In this document: positions 1 to 10,800 of the stretch, one piece after another
How positions within the stretch are numbered: the first letter of the stretch is position 1
Layout of the letters: each line of letters begins with the position of its first letter
DNA from: an uncultured Bacillota bacterium
GTDB taxonomy: Bacteria; Bacillota; Clostridia; Christensenellales; UBA1242
Length of the DNA stretch: 64,000 nucleotides
Assembly: GCA_938034555.1 (NCBI GenBank)
Contig: CALHLT010000015.1
Location: 4,786 to 68,785 of the forward strand
Direction of reading: 5' to 3'
Program-made: the position numbers and the translations under genes
Notes under the pieces: generated by a model
Seen by the model: only the letters and a program-made list of their open reading frames with translations
Databases searched by the model: none
What the model was told of the DNA's origin: nothing

Positions 1-552
1 AAGAAAATACAAATTCATTCTTTATATAGAATTAACGACTATTATAATTTTTGTTCTGAATATAGGAAATATGATATAGCAAACGCAATTGATAATCGCG
101 AAGAATTGTTAAAAGAACTGAAGAGAACCCAATTTGCAACTTATACATATAAAACTGTATTTACGGATAAAAGGAATGTAGGAGTTGCAATTATTATGGA
201 TGGTGAAGGGGAAGAGTTTTTTAATAAATTATTGGAAGTTAAAACTGAAATGAGGAATATTATTAAAGCTAATAGAAAGATTCAGTTTTATGTGGATATT
301 GAAAAAAATCCATGGGAAGTAATTAAATGTATTAAAGGACAAACCTCAAATAAAGAGTATTTTGAAAAAGACAATGTGAAGATTGCGTACCTTAATGCTA
401 TACATTTAGAGGATGCTGAAATGTTTAATAGACAAATATGTTTTGCTTTTTTGCAAAAGAGTGATACATTAAATAAATGTAATAAAATAAGTTTTAATGA
501 ATTAAAAGGAATGTGTCAAACACATGAATCGGTGCAAAATTATGAACAATAA
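1..552 (+). CDS. hypothetical protein (5'-partial; frame open from base 1)
   Basis: Frame 1 has no stop from nt 1 to TAA 550-552, so the listed TTG start at 106 is probably internal. No motif recognised. Confidence 0.5.
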   Translation, partial: KKIQIHSLYRINDYYNFCSEYRKYDIANAIDNREELLKELKRTQFATYTYKTVFTDKRNVGVAIIMDGEGEEFFNKLLEVKTEMRNIIKANRKIQFYVDIEKNPWEVIKCIKGQTSNKEYFEKDNVKIAYLNAIHLEDAEMFNRQICFAFLQKSDTLNKCNKISFNELKGMCQTHESVQNYEQ

Positions 553-1078
553 GCTATTAAAGGAAATTTATAATGAAGATAGCCTTAAATTGGAAGATAT
601 AAGTATCTTTGAAACAAGAGTTAAGATTTTTATAGTAAGAAATAATGAAATTTTAGTAGCTTGTTCTGGTGGTGGATGTCAGTTACCTGGTGGGCATGTT
701 GAACCGAATGAAGACATAGAGGATGCGATTATAAGAGAGGTAGCAGAAGAAACGGGAATGGTTCTTGATAAACATGAAATTATTAATAATTTTTATGAAA
801 TTCAATACTTTGATAAAAACTATAAAAATTCAGGCAGAAACCGACTTTCTAAAGTTTCGTATTTTACCGTAAGGACAGATAAGGTTCCAAATTTAAAAAG
901 AACTAATTTGACGGAAAGAGAGAAGAAGAATAACTTCACTTTAAAAAGTGTTGAAATAAACAAGTTTACTGATTTTGTAGATCAGTTTTTAAAGCCAAAT
1001 CAAAAAGAAATTAATGTAGTTATTGCTAAAGAAATCTTAAAAGTTTATCCACACTTTCTTGAAGCAAATAAAAATTAA
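542..1078 (+). CDS. NUDIX hydrolase
   Basis: Nudix box GGHVEPNEDIEDAIIREVAEETG (GX5EX7REUXEEXGU). Start trimmed to ATG 542 (MNNKLL); the ORF track starts at 524, overlapping the upstream gene. Confidence 0.85.
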   Translation: MNNKLLKEIYNEDSLKLEDISIFETRVKIFIVRNNEILVACSGGGCQLPGGHVEPNEDIEDAIIREVAEETGMVLDKHEIINNFYEIQYFDKNYKNSGRNRLSKVSYFTVRTDKVPNLKRTNLTEREKKNNFTLKSVEINKFTDFVDQFLKPNQKEINVVIAKEILKVYPHFLEANKN

Positions 1079-1167
1079 TTCGTAGTTACATTTCAAGGAT
1101 TGAAAAGAAAATTTTGGAGCGGCTTAAAAAAGAACTCCTTAAAGCCTCAAGTTTTTAAGTTAAAAAA

Positions 1168-1200
1168 ACACCCTCAAATTTTTGGGGTGTTTTTGTTTTT
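1168..1200. terminator. bidirectional rho-independent terminator between convergent genes
   Basis: Hairpin ACACCCT / GGGGTGT with a 9-nt loop. A-run upstream and T-run downstream. Confidence 0.6.
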
Positions 1201-1204
1201 GGTT

Positions 1205-3142
1205 TTAATAAATTCCTGGGTAGAGCAAACTGTTTGAAAGAACAAGGCTGAAATTATAATCGGTGTTCTCTGGGTCGGTTTCGCTCTTAACAATGTCGAA
1301 AACAATTTCAAAGAACGACGATTTGATGTGTTTTTCGTTTAAAACTGTTGTTCCGCCGTGTCCGTTTTTCGATTCAACAACTTTATAGAAATCTTGAACA
1401 CCTTCTTGCTCTGTTAGTCTTGTTTCGTCAACAACGCTGTCGAGAAGTTCTTTGTTTTTGAAGAACCCAACGGTGTAGGTTGTTTCTTTATAGCCCGTTG
1501 AATCAACTTGCGTTTTAACAAGCGAAGGGTCGAGTTTTGAAATATCAACGCCAAAATCAAAATCATCTTCATAGCACGTTTGACCTGCTGCGTTAACGAA
1601 ACTTTGAGCGCCACTAAAGTTGATTTCGTCGGCAGCAAATTCATAGAAGAATTGAGTTCCCGTTTCTTCGTTATAAACGCAATAACGAACTTTTGGAATT
1701 ATTCGAAGGTTCTTGTTTCGGCTCATGAAATTGAAAACAAAACCTGCTTCAAGTTTAATTCCGCCGTCTTTTCTTGTTTCTGCCGAAATTGCAGGAACAA
1801 TAACAATCGACTGATATTCCGCATATGGCTTGCCGGCAAATTGGTCGGTTGCGTCTGGGTCGCCAAAGAAGCTTTCGCCTGGGAAATATTTAACATATGT
1901 TGCAGGCTTTGCCGAGAACGAACCTCTTTCGCTTTCGTTAAGTAATCCTTTTGTTTTTGCGTTTCCTCTTTGCTCTTGGTTAAATGTATATGTTATTTTG
2001 GTTGAGTTTCCGCTTGGGAAAGTGTAAACCCAATCTTCGTCGCTTCCGTCGTAGGTTTGAGAATAAACAAGATATGCAATTGTTGAAACATAGTCGCGGA
2101 AGTTAACTAGTTGATTTCTATATTGATTGTAATCAAGAAGAACAAGGTCTGTTCCAATTATTTCAGTTAAAATATAGTCGATAAGTTTATCTGCATTTTG
2201 CTTTGTTAACCCAACATAGCGCGATTTTTCGAGGTATTCTTGTTTAAGAGATTCTTTATATAATCCAATTTCCTCATCTATATATGGATTGTCATATGTA
2301 TATTCTTCTAAATACCATGTGTGATTTTCATCGCCAATCGTTAAATTTGAAGAAACATTACCTTGTTCTTTGTGTAAATATAGACCTATTAAACTTGGAT
2401 TGTTTTTGCAAGACTTAATTGTAACGTAATAATAAGGTGTATTAAATTCTTGAATTAAACCTTTATTTGATTTTAGGCTAATTTTGCTGCCTGAATCAAT
2501 ACTTAGTGTTGTTGGTTCATAACCCAACATAATTTCATATAAAACAATTTGAAATGCGTCTGTAAATATATCAAAATTATAATTCTCGTTAAAACAGTCG
2601 TTTGGACGTTCATTTCCGCTTTTATTTGTTATTCTATCCTTCCAAACTGAAAATGTTTCATTTTCTTTTGGAGCAATATTTTTATTCCCTTGCAAATTAG
2701 GATTTAAATACCAACTCCAACGATTTGGCAAGTTGGTTTGTTCTTTTGCATATCCATTGTCATTTGTAACTAACATTCTTATGCTATCGTAAAATGGAGC
2801 ATTGTCGGAATATTTATTATATGTATCACCATTTCCGCTTCCATAGTTAAATATTAATCCATTTGAAATATTCCTTAGCATTTCATCGGTTTTTTCATTT
2901 GGAAGTCCGCTATAGCCGCCGCTCTCGCTGTTTGCATAAACTGCGGCAATTCCTGAAACATAGTTTTCGAAAAAAGTTCTTTGATTTTCCCCGCCGCCGC
3001 TTCCGCCGCTTCCGCCGCCAATGTCGCCAATGTCCTTATCGCACCCTGCAAAAAGAAAAGCCGAAAACGAAAACAAAAGAGCAAGGCAAAGGCAAAGAAT
3101 TGCTTTAAGTTTTTTATTAAGTTTTTTAACATTCTTTTTCAT
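1205..3142 (-). CDS. lipoprotein of unknown function (645 aa)
   Basis: Signal peptide plus lipobox LFAG|C, followed by a GGGSGGSGGG linker. No catalytic motif recognised. Confidence 0.75.
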   Translation of the reverse strand: MKKNVKKLNKKLKAILCLCLALLFSFSAFLFAGCDKDIGDIGGGSGGSGGGENQRTFFENYVSGIAAVYANSESGGYSGLPNEKTDEMLRNISNGLIFNYGSGNGDTYNKYSDNAPFYDSIRMLVTNDNGYAKEQTNLPNRWSWYLNPNLQGNKNIAPKENETFSVWKDRITNKSGNERPNDCFNENYNFDIFTDAFQIVLYEIMLGYEPTTLSIDSGSKISLKSNKGLIQEFNTPYYYVTIKSCKNNPSLIGLYLHKEQGNVSSNLTIGDENHTWYLEEYTYDNPYIDEEIGLYKESLKQEYLEKSRYVGLTKQNADKLIDYILTEIIGTDLVLLDYNQYRNQLVNFRDYVSTIAYLVYSQTYDGSDEDWVYTFPSGNSTKITYTFNQEQRGNAKTKGLLNESERGSFSAKPATYVKYFPGESFFGDPDATDQFAGKPYAEYQSIVIVPAISAETRKDGGIKLEAGFVFNFMSRNKNLRIIPKVRYCVYNEETGTQFFYEFAADEINFSGAQSFVNAAGQTCYEDDFDFGVDISKLDPSLVKTQVDSTGYKETTYTVGFFKNKELLDSVVDETRLTEQEGVQDFYKVVESKNGHGGTTVLNEKHIKSSFFEIVFDIVKSETDPENTDYNFSLVLSNSLLYPGIY

Positions 3143-3297
3143 ATTATCTTTATTATATCTAAAAGAAACAAAAATAGCAAGATTTTTGCCCTTTGTTGAA
3201 AAAGAAAAGTTTTTGGCGAGAAAGAAAATAAAAAGCAGCCAAAAGAATTTTAAGGCTGCTTATGTTTTAAATATGTTTTTAAGGGGATTTCAAAAGA

Positions 3298-4269
3298 CTA
3301 AAGGGAAAGGCCGCGATAGTCCGCTTTGCCGTTTGTTTGGCGAACAGTTAAAGTTTTTGTTGTTTCTTTGTTTGTTTCGCTGTCGAAAGTTGGAAAGGTT
3401 ATGTCGAAATAAACAACATTGCTTTGCGCCGAAGCCTGTGCTGTTGATTCTGTTACGAATTCTTTAAAATTTTCTTCGCTTGTGATTTTAATTTCTTTTG
3501 TTCTTCCTTCTTCCATTAATTTGTTAATATGATCTTCTTGGGAGCCAAAAGAGTTTACATTTGCATAAACATTATAAATTTTATTATTTTTCATGCAAGT
3601 AACATTTGTATAATACCCATCGCGATGGGATCTAAATTTAGTTGCATTAAGGATTTGAGCGCCTTCAAGACCAACTTTATCTAAAACATAGTCGCAAAGT
3701 TGGTTGTAAAGTTCTTCGGAAACTGCTTCTTGTAAAACCGAAGATGCAACACGATTGGTTAATTGTAATCCCTCCATTTTCTTACTTACTTGTTCATATG
3801 TAAGCGAAGAGATGTCGCCTAGATTTGTTTCATATGTCATAAATTCAGTATATTTATCGCCATACGTATCTTCATATGAAACATTTGTATAGACCTTCCC
3901 AGTTAATTGGTTAACTCTATAAGAATTGATTTTAGCATTAAGTCGACCTGTTTGAGCCAATCCATTAACAATTGCAGTTTTAAGTTTAGAGTCGCATTCA
4001 TTCATATAGTCTTGTTCGGTTTTTTTATCTTCATCTTGTTTTTGGTCGTCTTGTTTGTTGTCGTCTTGCTTTTGGTCGTCTTGTTTGTTGTCGTCTGTTT
4101 TGTTGTCGTCTGTCTTGTTGTCTGGTTGTGGGGTTACTACAACGGACGAACCTGGGTTTTGTGACGCTTTTTCTTTTGCAGCTTTAACGCCAAAAAATGT
4201 TCCAATAATTGCACTTGCAAAAACAAAAGGGGTTATAATTCCAATTGCAATTTTTGCTCCTTTTTTCAT
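3298..4269 (-). CDS. membrane-anchored protein with D/K/Q-rich repeat linker (323 aa)
   Basis: N-terminal TM helix (IAIGIITPFVFASAIIGTFFGV), then DDNKTDDNKQDDQKQDDNKQDDQKQ repeats. SD AGGAG lies upstream of the ATG. Confidence 0.7.
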   Translation of the reverse strand: MKKGAKIAIGIITPFVFASAIIGTFFGVKAAKEKASQNPGSSVVVTPQPDNKTDDNKTDDNKQDDQKQDDNKQDDQKQDEDKKTEQDYMNECDSKLKTAIVNGLAQTGRLNAKINSYRVNQLTGKVYTNVSYEDTYGDKYTEFMTYETNLGDISSLTYEQVSKKMEGLQLTNRVASSVLQEAVSEELYNQLCDYVLDKVGLEGAQILNATKFRSHRDGYYTNVTCMKNNKIYNVYANVNSFGSQEDHINKLMEEGRTKEIKITSEENFKEFVTESTAQASAQSNVVYFDITFPTFDSETNKETTKTLTVRQTNGKADYRGLSL

Positions 4270-4305
4270 ATTAAGAAATCTCCTTTTTTTTTAATTGTTA
4301 CTTTA

Positions 4306-4334
4306 ATTATATATTTGAATTGAGGGAATGTCAA
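4306..4334 (-). promoter_or_regulatory. sigma-A-type promoter for the 3298..4269 gene
   Basis: Minus strand reads TTGACA-17 nt-TATAAT (-35 at 4329-4334, -10 at 4306-4311). Confidence 0.6.
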
Positions 4335-4441
4335 CCCCCAAATTTTTGGAGAAGACGGGGCGGTTTAAGAGATTGCAAGGGGGGGGAGAGGGGATTAAGA
4401 GAAAAAGGTTGTTAAGGGGAATTAAGCGAGAGGGGGGAAAA

Positions 4442-4472
4442 ACAAAAAAACGCAAACTTTCAAGTTTACGTT
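4442..4472 (-). terminator. rho-independent terminator of rpsU
   Basis: About a 10-bp hairpin. The minus-strand RNA has a G-U where the plus strand would have a C-A mismatch. It is followed by a U-run on the minus strand. Confidence 0.7.
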
Positions 4473-4495
4473 TTCTTTTAGTTACTAATTTAATT

Positions 4496-4678
4496 TTAGC
4501 CGCGTTTTCTTGCGCGTTTTCTTGCGGCTTCGCGTTTCTTTTTGCGTTTAACGCTTGGTTTAAGATATGCTTCTTTTTTACGAATGTCGCCAATAATTCC
4601 ATCGCGTTGACATTTACGTTTAAAGCGTTTCAATGCGCTGTCTAAACTTTCGTTTTCGCCAACTTTAACCATTGTCAT
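4496..4678 (-). CDS. rpsU: 30S ribosomal protein S21
   Basis: [25 protein letters not shown]...[14 protein letters not shown] matches typical S21 sequence and size (60 aa). Confidence 0.95.
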   Translation of the reverse strand: MTMVKVGENESLDSALKRFKRKCQRDGIIGDIRKKEAYLKPSVKRKKKREAARKRARKRG

Positions 4679-4720
4679 GATATCTCACCACCTTTTAGTT
4701 TATAAATTCAAAGTGCTCAT

Positions 4721-4748
4721 ATTATAACATGGGAAAAAAATTTGTCAA
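4721..4748 (-). promoter_or_regulatory. rpsU promoter
   Basis: Minus strand reads TTGACA-16 nt-TGtTATAAT (extended -10). Confidence 0.6.
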
Positions 4749-4775
4749 TCTTTTTTTGGACTTTTATCAAAAAAT

Positions 4776-7700
4776 ATGTTAATATTCTCATATATGAACG
4801 CGATTGCAATTGTTGGAAACAATTTGGACGAAGTTTCGAAGGCGGTTATTTCGCAAATTGAAATTTCAAGTTCGTTTGAACTTGAAAATTTTGTTGTTGT
4901 TCCAGACAGGTTTTCGCTTCTTGCGGAAAAACTTGTTTTTGAGCAACTTGGAATTTCATCTTCATTTAACATAAAGGTTCTTGGGATTTCGCGTCTTGCG
5001 GCATATTTTTCAAACGAAGAAAAAGTTCTTTCGCAAAACGAGAGCAAACTTTTGGTTTATGAGATTCTTCGAAGCGGGGAGTTTAAATTTTTTAAGCCAA
5101 CAATTGAACTTGCAACCGAACTTTTTAACATAATTTCCCAAATTAAGTCGAGCAAGATTTCTTCTTTTGATTTTGAGAAGGGCGCGCAAGGTGAAAAGCA
5201 AAAAGAGGTTGCGAAGGTGTTTTCAATTTACGAAAGCAAAAAAGAGTTTCCCGACCAAAGCGATGTTTTAACAAATCTTTCAAGCAACATTTCATTTGAG
5301 AAAGTTAAGGATTGTTCATTTTTCTTTGCGGGGTTCGACAGTTTAACCGCGCAAGGGGAATCCATTTTGGAAAAACTTATTCTTTTTTCGAAGCGAGTTG
5401 TTATTGGGGCAACGCAGCCTTCAAATCAAAAAAACGCGCTTATATACGACGCGGACATTTTAAACAAGATTTCAAGAATTTCAAGAAGAAACAAAATTGA
5501 AATTAAAAAGACATATTTAAAAAACACATCAAATTCGCTTTCATCGCACATTTTGGAAAATTTATTTCCATTTTCGCCAAAAGTTCTTGAAACAAACAAA
5601 GTTCATCTTTTGGAATTTGAAACGCCAGAAAAGGAGATTCAAGAAATTGCAAAGACGATTTTGTTTTATGTTAAAACAAAGAACAAGCGTTTTTCGAATT
5701 TCAACATTCTATCGGGCGATTTAAACGGGACATCTCAAATTTTTGAGCGGGTTTTTGAGGAATATAACATTCCGCTTTTTCTTGACACGTCGAGGGCAAT
5801 TTCAACTCTTCCAATTCACACATTTTTTGTTTCATTATTTTCCTATTTAAATTCAAAAAATGAAAGTGATTTTTTCAATCTTATTTTAAATCCATATCTT
5901 TCAATTCCAAGCGAGGAAATTTCGTCGCTTAAAAATCTTGCTACGTTAAACGATGAATTTAACGAGGAATTAGCAAATAATTTTGAAAATATTAAAAAAA
6001 TTATTGAAAAAATCAATTATTTTAAACAAAAAACGCAAAATTCTAACTCTTTTTCATATTTTTCGAATTTAATTTATGAAATTATTTCGGAATTTAATTT
6101 AAAAGAAAAAAACGACGAGTTAATCAATTATTTCTCAAAAAATAATTTAAAAAATGAAAAAATATATCTTCAAATTTTCAAAAAGATTGACGGAATAATT
6201 AGCGAACTTTCAAATGATTCTGAAACTTCATTTGAAGAATTTTCAAATCTTTTTCTTTCGCTTTTTGGCGAGAAAGAAATTTCGGCTGTTCCAATTTCAA
6301 CCGATTGTGTTTTTGCGGGCGGAGAAAAATCGTTTTTTGAAAAGCGAGATGTTATGTTTGTTTGCGGGGCGAGCGCGGGAAAAATTCCGCTTGCTTCGAA
6401 AGATCTTGGTTTGATTTCGGACGACGATATTTCGCAAATGAATTTGGAAATTGAGCCAACAATTCGAATGCTTAACAGGCGAAGCAAGCAAAAAGTTTTG
6501 TTTGACATTGCGCCAAACGAAGAACTTTTTGTTTCGTCAAGCGGAAATGAACTTGGCGAAAAAGTTGAGAAGTCGATTATATTTGCTGAACTTCAAAAGA
6601 TTTTTTCGAAAGACGGAAAGCCAATTCAAATTTTTGGAAGTTTCTTTGCGCAATTTTTGCCATATGATGAGTTTGTTTTTTTCAACATTCAAAGCGAACG
6701 AGATTTTAAGGAAGAACTTTTAAAACTTAGAAAGCAAAATCGAATTTCAAAAGAAGAATTTGAAGAGATTTTTGGGAAAGAAAAAATTAGGGAAGAAAAA
6801 ATTTCGATTGCAAAAAATCTTTATCAAAAGTTTTCGCCAACGGGAATTGAAAGATTTTTTATGTGTCCGTTTAAACATTTTTTCACGCACGGGCTTAAAC
6901 TTAAAGAAAATCCTAAAAATGTTTTTGATGCGCGCGACGAAGGAAACTATTTTCACATTGCGGCGCAAAATTTTGTTAAAAGAAATTTGGGAAGGCTTGG
7001 CGAACTTTCAAGCGATGAAATTGAGTTTGAACTTGAAAAAATTGATGGAATAATTAAAAACAACGAAAGATTTTCGCTTCTTTCAAAAAATATTAAGAAT
7101 AAGCATATTTTTGAGATGCTTAAAAAAGAAACGAAAATGCTTTTTGAAAGTGTTTCGTGCGAACAAAAATTTTCGGGATTTGTTGCAAAATTTATGGAAC
7201 AAGGTTTTGAAATTCCGCTTAACGAAAAATCGCTTTTTGGAATTGTTGACCGTGTTGATTTTTGCGAAAACTATCTTCGCGTTGTTGATTATAAAAGCGG
7301 GGAAGTTAAAAAGAGTTTGAGGGCGGTTTATAACGGAATTGAACTTCAACTTTTCATTTATTTAATTGCCATGCAACAAAAATTTTCGAAAGAGCTTGCC
7401 GGAGGGTTCTATCTTCCAATTGGCGGAGATTTTTCGAAATCTGCTTCAAAGAAATTTAAACTTGAAGGTTTTGTCCTTGGCGAGCAAGGTGTTTTAAAGG
7501 CGCTTGACAGGCGATTTGGAAGCAAAACACAAAGCAGCATTGTTGCGCTTAAACTTTCGCCAAAATCCACGGCGGATTGTCTTGTTCTTTCAACAACAAA
7601 AAATGTTTTTTCAAAAGAAGGATTTGAGGCGGCAATTGAATATGTTAAACTTTTGCTTTCAAGCGCGGAAAAAGAAATTTTAAGCGGCGAAATTCCAGCA

Positions 7701-7841
7701 AAGCCAATTGAAGGATATGTTTGCAAAAATTGTCCGTTCTTTGGAATTTGCTCGTTTAAACAAGACGAAAGAGAACAGCAAAGGGACAGCGGGAAAGAAC
7801 TTTCCCAAGCGGATTTTATTAGCATATTAAAGCGAAATTAA
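4776..7841 (+). CDS. addB: helicase-nuclease AddAB, subunit AddB (RexB)
   Basis: 1021 aa directly upstream of addA. C-terminal RecB-type nuclease motif GIVDRVD...VVDYKSG. Fe-S cysteines CPFKHF...CKNCPFFGIC. An alternative start is ATG 4794. Confidence 0.9.
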   Translation: MLIFSYMNAIAIVGNNLDEVSKAVISQIEISSSFELENFVVVPDRFSLLAEKLVFEQLGISSSFNIKVLGISRLAAYFSNEEKVLSQNESKLLVYEILRSGEFKFFKPTIELATELFNIISQIKSSKISSFDFEKGAQGEKQKEVAKVFSIYESKKEFPDQSDVLTNLSSNISFEKVKDCSFFFAGFDSLTAQGESILEKLILFSKRVVIGATQPSNQKNALIYDADILNKISRISRRNKIEIKKTYLKNTSNSLSSHILENLFPFSPKVLETNKVHLLEFETPEKEIQEIAKTILFYVKTKNKRFSNFNILSGDLNGTSQIFERVFEEYNIPLFLDTSRAISTLPIHTFFVSLFSYLNSKNESDFFNLILNPYLSIPSEEISSLKNLATLNDEFNEELANNFENIKKIIEKINYFKQKTQNSNSFSYFSNLIYEIISEFNLKEKNDELINYFSKNNLKNEKIYLQIFKKIDGIISELSNDSETSFEEFSNLFLSLFGEKEISAVPISTDCVFAGGEKSFFEKRDVMFVCGASAGKIPLASKDLGLISDDDISQMNLEIEPTIRMLNRRSKQKVLFDIAPNEELFVSSSGNELGEKVEKSIIFAELQKIFSKDGKPIQIFGSFFAQFLPYDEFVFFNIQSERDFKEELLKLRKQNRISKEEFEEIFGKEKIREEKISIAKNLYQKFSPTGIERFFMCPFKHFFTHGLKLKENPKNVFDARDEGNYFHIAAQNFVKRNLGRLGELSSDEIEFELEKIDGIIKNNERFSLLSKNIKNKHIFEMLKKETKMLFESVSCEQKFSGFVAKFMEQGFEIPLNEKSLFGIVDRVDFCENYLRVVDYKSGEVKKSLRAVYNGIELQLFIYLIAMQQKFSKELAGGFYLPIGGDFSKSASKKFKLEGFVLGEQGVLKALDRRFGSKTQSSIVALKLSPKSTADCLVLSTTKNVFSKEGFEAAIEYVKLLLSSAEKEILSGEIPAKPIEGYVCKNCPFFGICSFKQDEREQQRDSGKELSQADFISILKRN

Positions 7842-7865
7842 AAGTCGAATTATAAAGGAAGAAAA

Positions 7866-10800
7866 ATGGAAAGGAAAAAGATTGAGGAACAAGAAAGAGT
7901 TTTAGACCTTGACGGCGAAAGCGCAATTGTTTCGGCTTCGGCGGGAAGCGGAAAAACAACTGTTATGATTGAAAAAGTTCTTAAATATCTTATGCAAGGC
8001 GTTAAAGTTAAAAATATATTAGCGCTTACTTTCACCAATCAAGCCGCGGCGCAAATGAAACAAAGGCTTCTTTCGAAACTTGGCGAACTTGTTGAAAAAA
8101 CGGGGCGCGTTGAATTTGCAAACGAAATTGATTCTGTTTTGGAAGCGGACATTTCAACTTTCCACTCTTTCTATGAAAAAATTGTTAAAAAATATTTTTA
8201 CATAGTTGGAATTCAACCTGAATTCGAAATCCTTTCAAATGAAAAATTGCTTTCTCTTAAAGACGAAGCGTTTTTAGAGGCTGCTCAAAAACTTAAAAAA
8301 GAGTCTTTTGAAAAATATTTGGAACTTTGCGATGTTCTTGGGAAAAAGAGAAGCGACAGGGCAATTAAAGAGAGAATTTTTAAAATTGATAATTTTCTTT
8401 CTTCGCAATATCAACCCAAAGTTTGGCTTGAAAAAGTTTCAAGAAGTTTGTATGAAAACAAAGATGAAACCCTTTCAACATTTTTTGGCGAAATTAAAAA
8501 CAATGTTTCATATTTTAAAAATAAACTTAATTTGCTTTTGGAAAAGGCAAACATTTTTGATGAAAAAGAGCTTTGCAAGCACATTAACTTATGCAACTTA
8601 AAAATTGACGAACTCTTAAATTGCAAGAATGAAAACTTGTTAGAATTTGTTTCGGGCGAGTTTTCTCTTCCAAAACTTTTGAAATCGCAAGTTTCAGAAA
8701 CTCAAACTTTCCAAGATGTTAAAGAGACAAAAGAAGAATTTGGCGACTATATTAAAAAGATTAAAGCGTTTGATTTTGGAACATATGACAACATTGTTTC
8801 GTCGTTTGAAAGTTGCAAGGAAAACATAACTTCGCTTGTTAATTTATATTGCGACTATAAAAATCTTTTGGACGAGAAAAAAAGAGAACTTGGGGCGTTT
8901 GATTTTTCCGACCTTGAAACTTTTTGCGCAAAGATTTTGGAAAACGACGAAATTTGCAATGAAATTAAAAACGGTTATGAGCAAATTTTTGTTGACGAAT
9001 TCCAAGATATTAACCCAATGCAATATGCAATTTTAAAAAAGATTTCAAAAAACAACAATGTTCTTTTTGTTGGCGATGCAAAGCAAAGTATTTATGCGTT
9101 TAGACAATCGGACGTTGAAATTTTTGTTGACATTTGCAAGGAATTTGAAACGGCAAAGGAAAAGCAATCGCTTCCGCTTAACTGTAATTTCAGAACAAAC
9201 AAAGAAATTCTTGATTTTGATAACGATGTTTTCAAAGTTTTGATGACCGAAAAAAGTTGCGGAATTAACTATGAAAAAAACGCAATGTTTAAAGGGGAAA
9301 GCGATAACTCTTGCGAAGGGAGCAGCGTTAAGATTGTTAAAGTTTTGAAAGAGGAAAAAGAAAAAGAAGAAGCGCCAAGCGAGGTTTTTAAAGTTCTTAA
9401 TTCAAAAAGAAATTTTAAGAATTACAGTTTGGAATCAAAGGCAATTTTGAAAGAAGTTAATAATGTAATAAATGAAAGAATTGTTTTAGATGGGGAAGAG
9501 AAAAAAGTTAATTTTGGCGATATTTCAATTTTGGTTAAAAATCGTTCGAATTTACTTGTTGATTTAGTTTCGCTTTTTCTTGAAAATAATGTTCCGTTCA
9601 TTGTTAACGATGAGTTCGACCTTCTTTCTTCGAAGGAAGTTTGTTTGGTTATTTCAATTTTAAAACTTTGTCTTAATCGAAACGATGATTTCGCGTTGGC
9701 GGCGGTAATGGCTTCCCATTTTGGTATGTTTTCGTTTGACGAGCTTGCAAAAATTAAACTTTTTTCAAACAAAGAATTTTTCTTTGAAAAAGTTTTGGAA
9801 TATTCAAAAGAAAATTCCAACGAAATCTCTGTTAAAATTCAAAAATTCAACTCTCTTCTTGATAGATTAAATTTTGAAATTCAAACAAACGGAGCAAGTG
9901 CGGCCCTTGAAAATCTTTTCTATGAAACAAAATTTTTTGAGTTTGTTCTTTCGCTTAAAGGCGGAAAAGAAAGAGAGGAAAGGCTTAAACAATTTTTGAA
10001 ATATACTCAGCAAAGTGGTTTTGAATTTAACCTTTTTGGATTGGTTTCATATTTAACAAGCATTTCAAATCTTAAAACTGCAAGTTTGAAAAAATGCGAC
10101 GATAACGCAGTTTTAATAACAACAATTCACGCAAGCAAGGGGCTTGAATTTCCTGTTGTTATTTTGGGCGAAACGGGAAAAGATTTAACAAAAACAAAGC
10201 CAGAAACGGACGACCTTAAAATTGACAAAAATCTTGGCTTTGCAATTGACAACTATAATAAAGCCGAAAGAAAAATTTATGATTCAATTTTTAAACAAAT
10301 TCTTTATTCGCGCGCAAAGAAAAAGGAAATTGCAGAAAATTTGCGTCTTCTTTATGTTGCGCTTACAAGAGCAAAAAATAAACTTATCATAACAGGCGAG
10401 GTTTCAAAGGGAATTGAGCCAATCACAAAATTGACAAACTTGGAGTTTATTAAGCCAACTTACCTAAATTATATACTGGGCGCACTTGCCGATTGCAAAA
10501 ATGTTAAAGCCGAAATTTGCGAAGTTTTTGAAGTTAAAAACGAGAAACGCGAGGTTGAGGCTCAAAACATTGAAATTTTGAAAAAAGCAAAAGAAAAAAT
10601 TGACTTTGTTTATGCAAATGAAAACGCAACAAAACTTGCTCTTAAAACCTCTGTTAGCGAAGTTGCGTTTGGAGAAGAAGTTCAACCATATGAAAGCGCA
10701 AATTCGCTTCCAAATAAATTTTATGTTAGCGAGCATTTAAGCGAAATTTCAACGCCAGAAGAAGGAACAATTGTTCATGAAATTTTGGAAAAAGTTGATT

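Noticed and set aside
1045-1053. Perfect DnaA-box-like 9-mer TTATCCACA.
   Set aside because: It is a single copy inside the NUDIX CDS. There is no cluster of boxes, no adjacent AT-rich unwinding element, and no dnaA or dnaN nearby, so it is not an origin.
2863-3467. Cluster of short ORFs on both strands around the start of the lipoprotein gene and the following spacer.
   Set aside because: They overlap the signal-peptide and Gly-Ser linker region of the 645-aa gene or its promoter region. None has a ribosome-binding site and all have biased composition.
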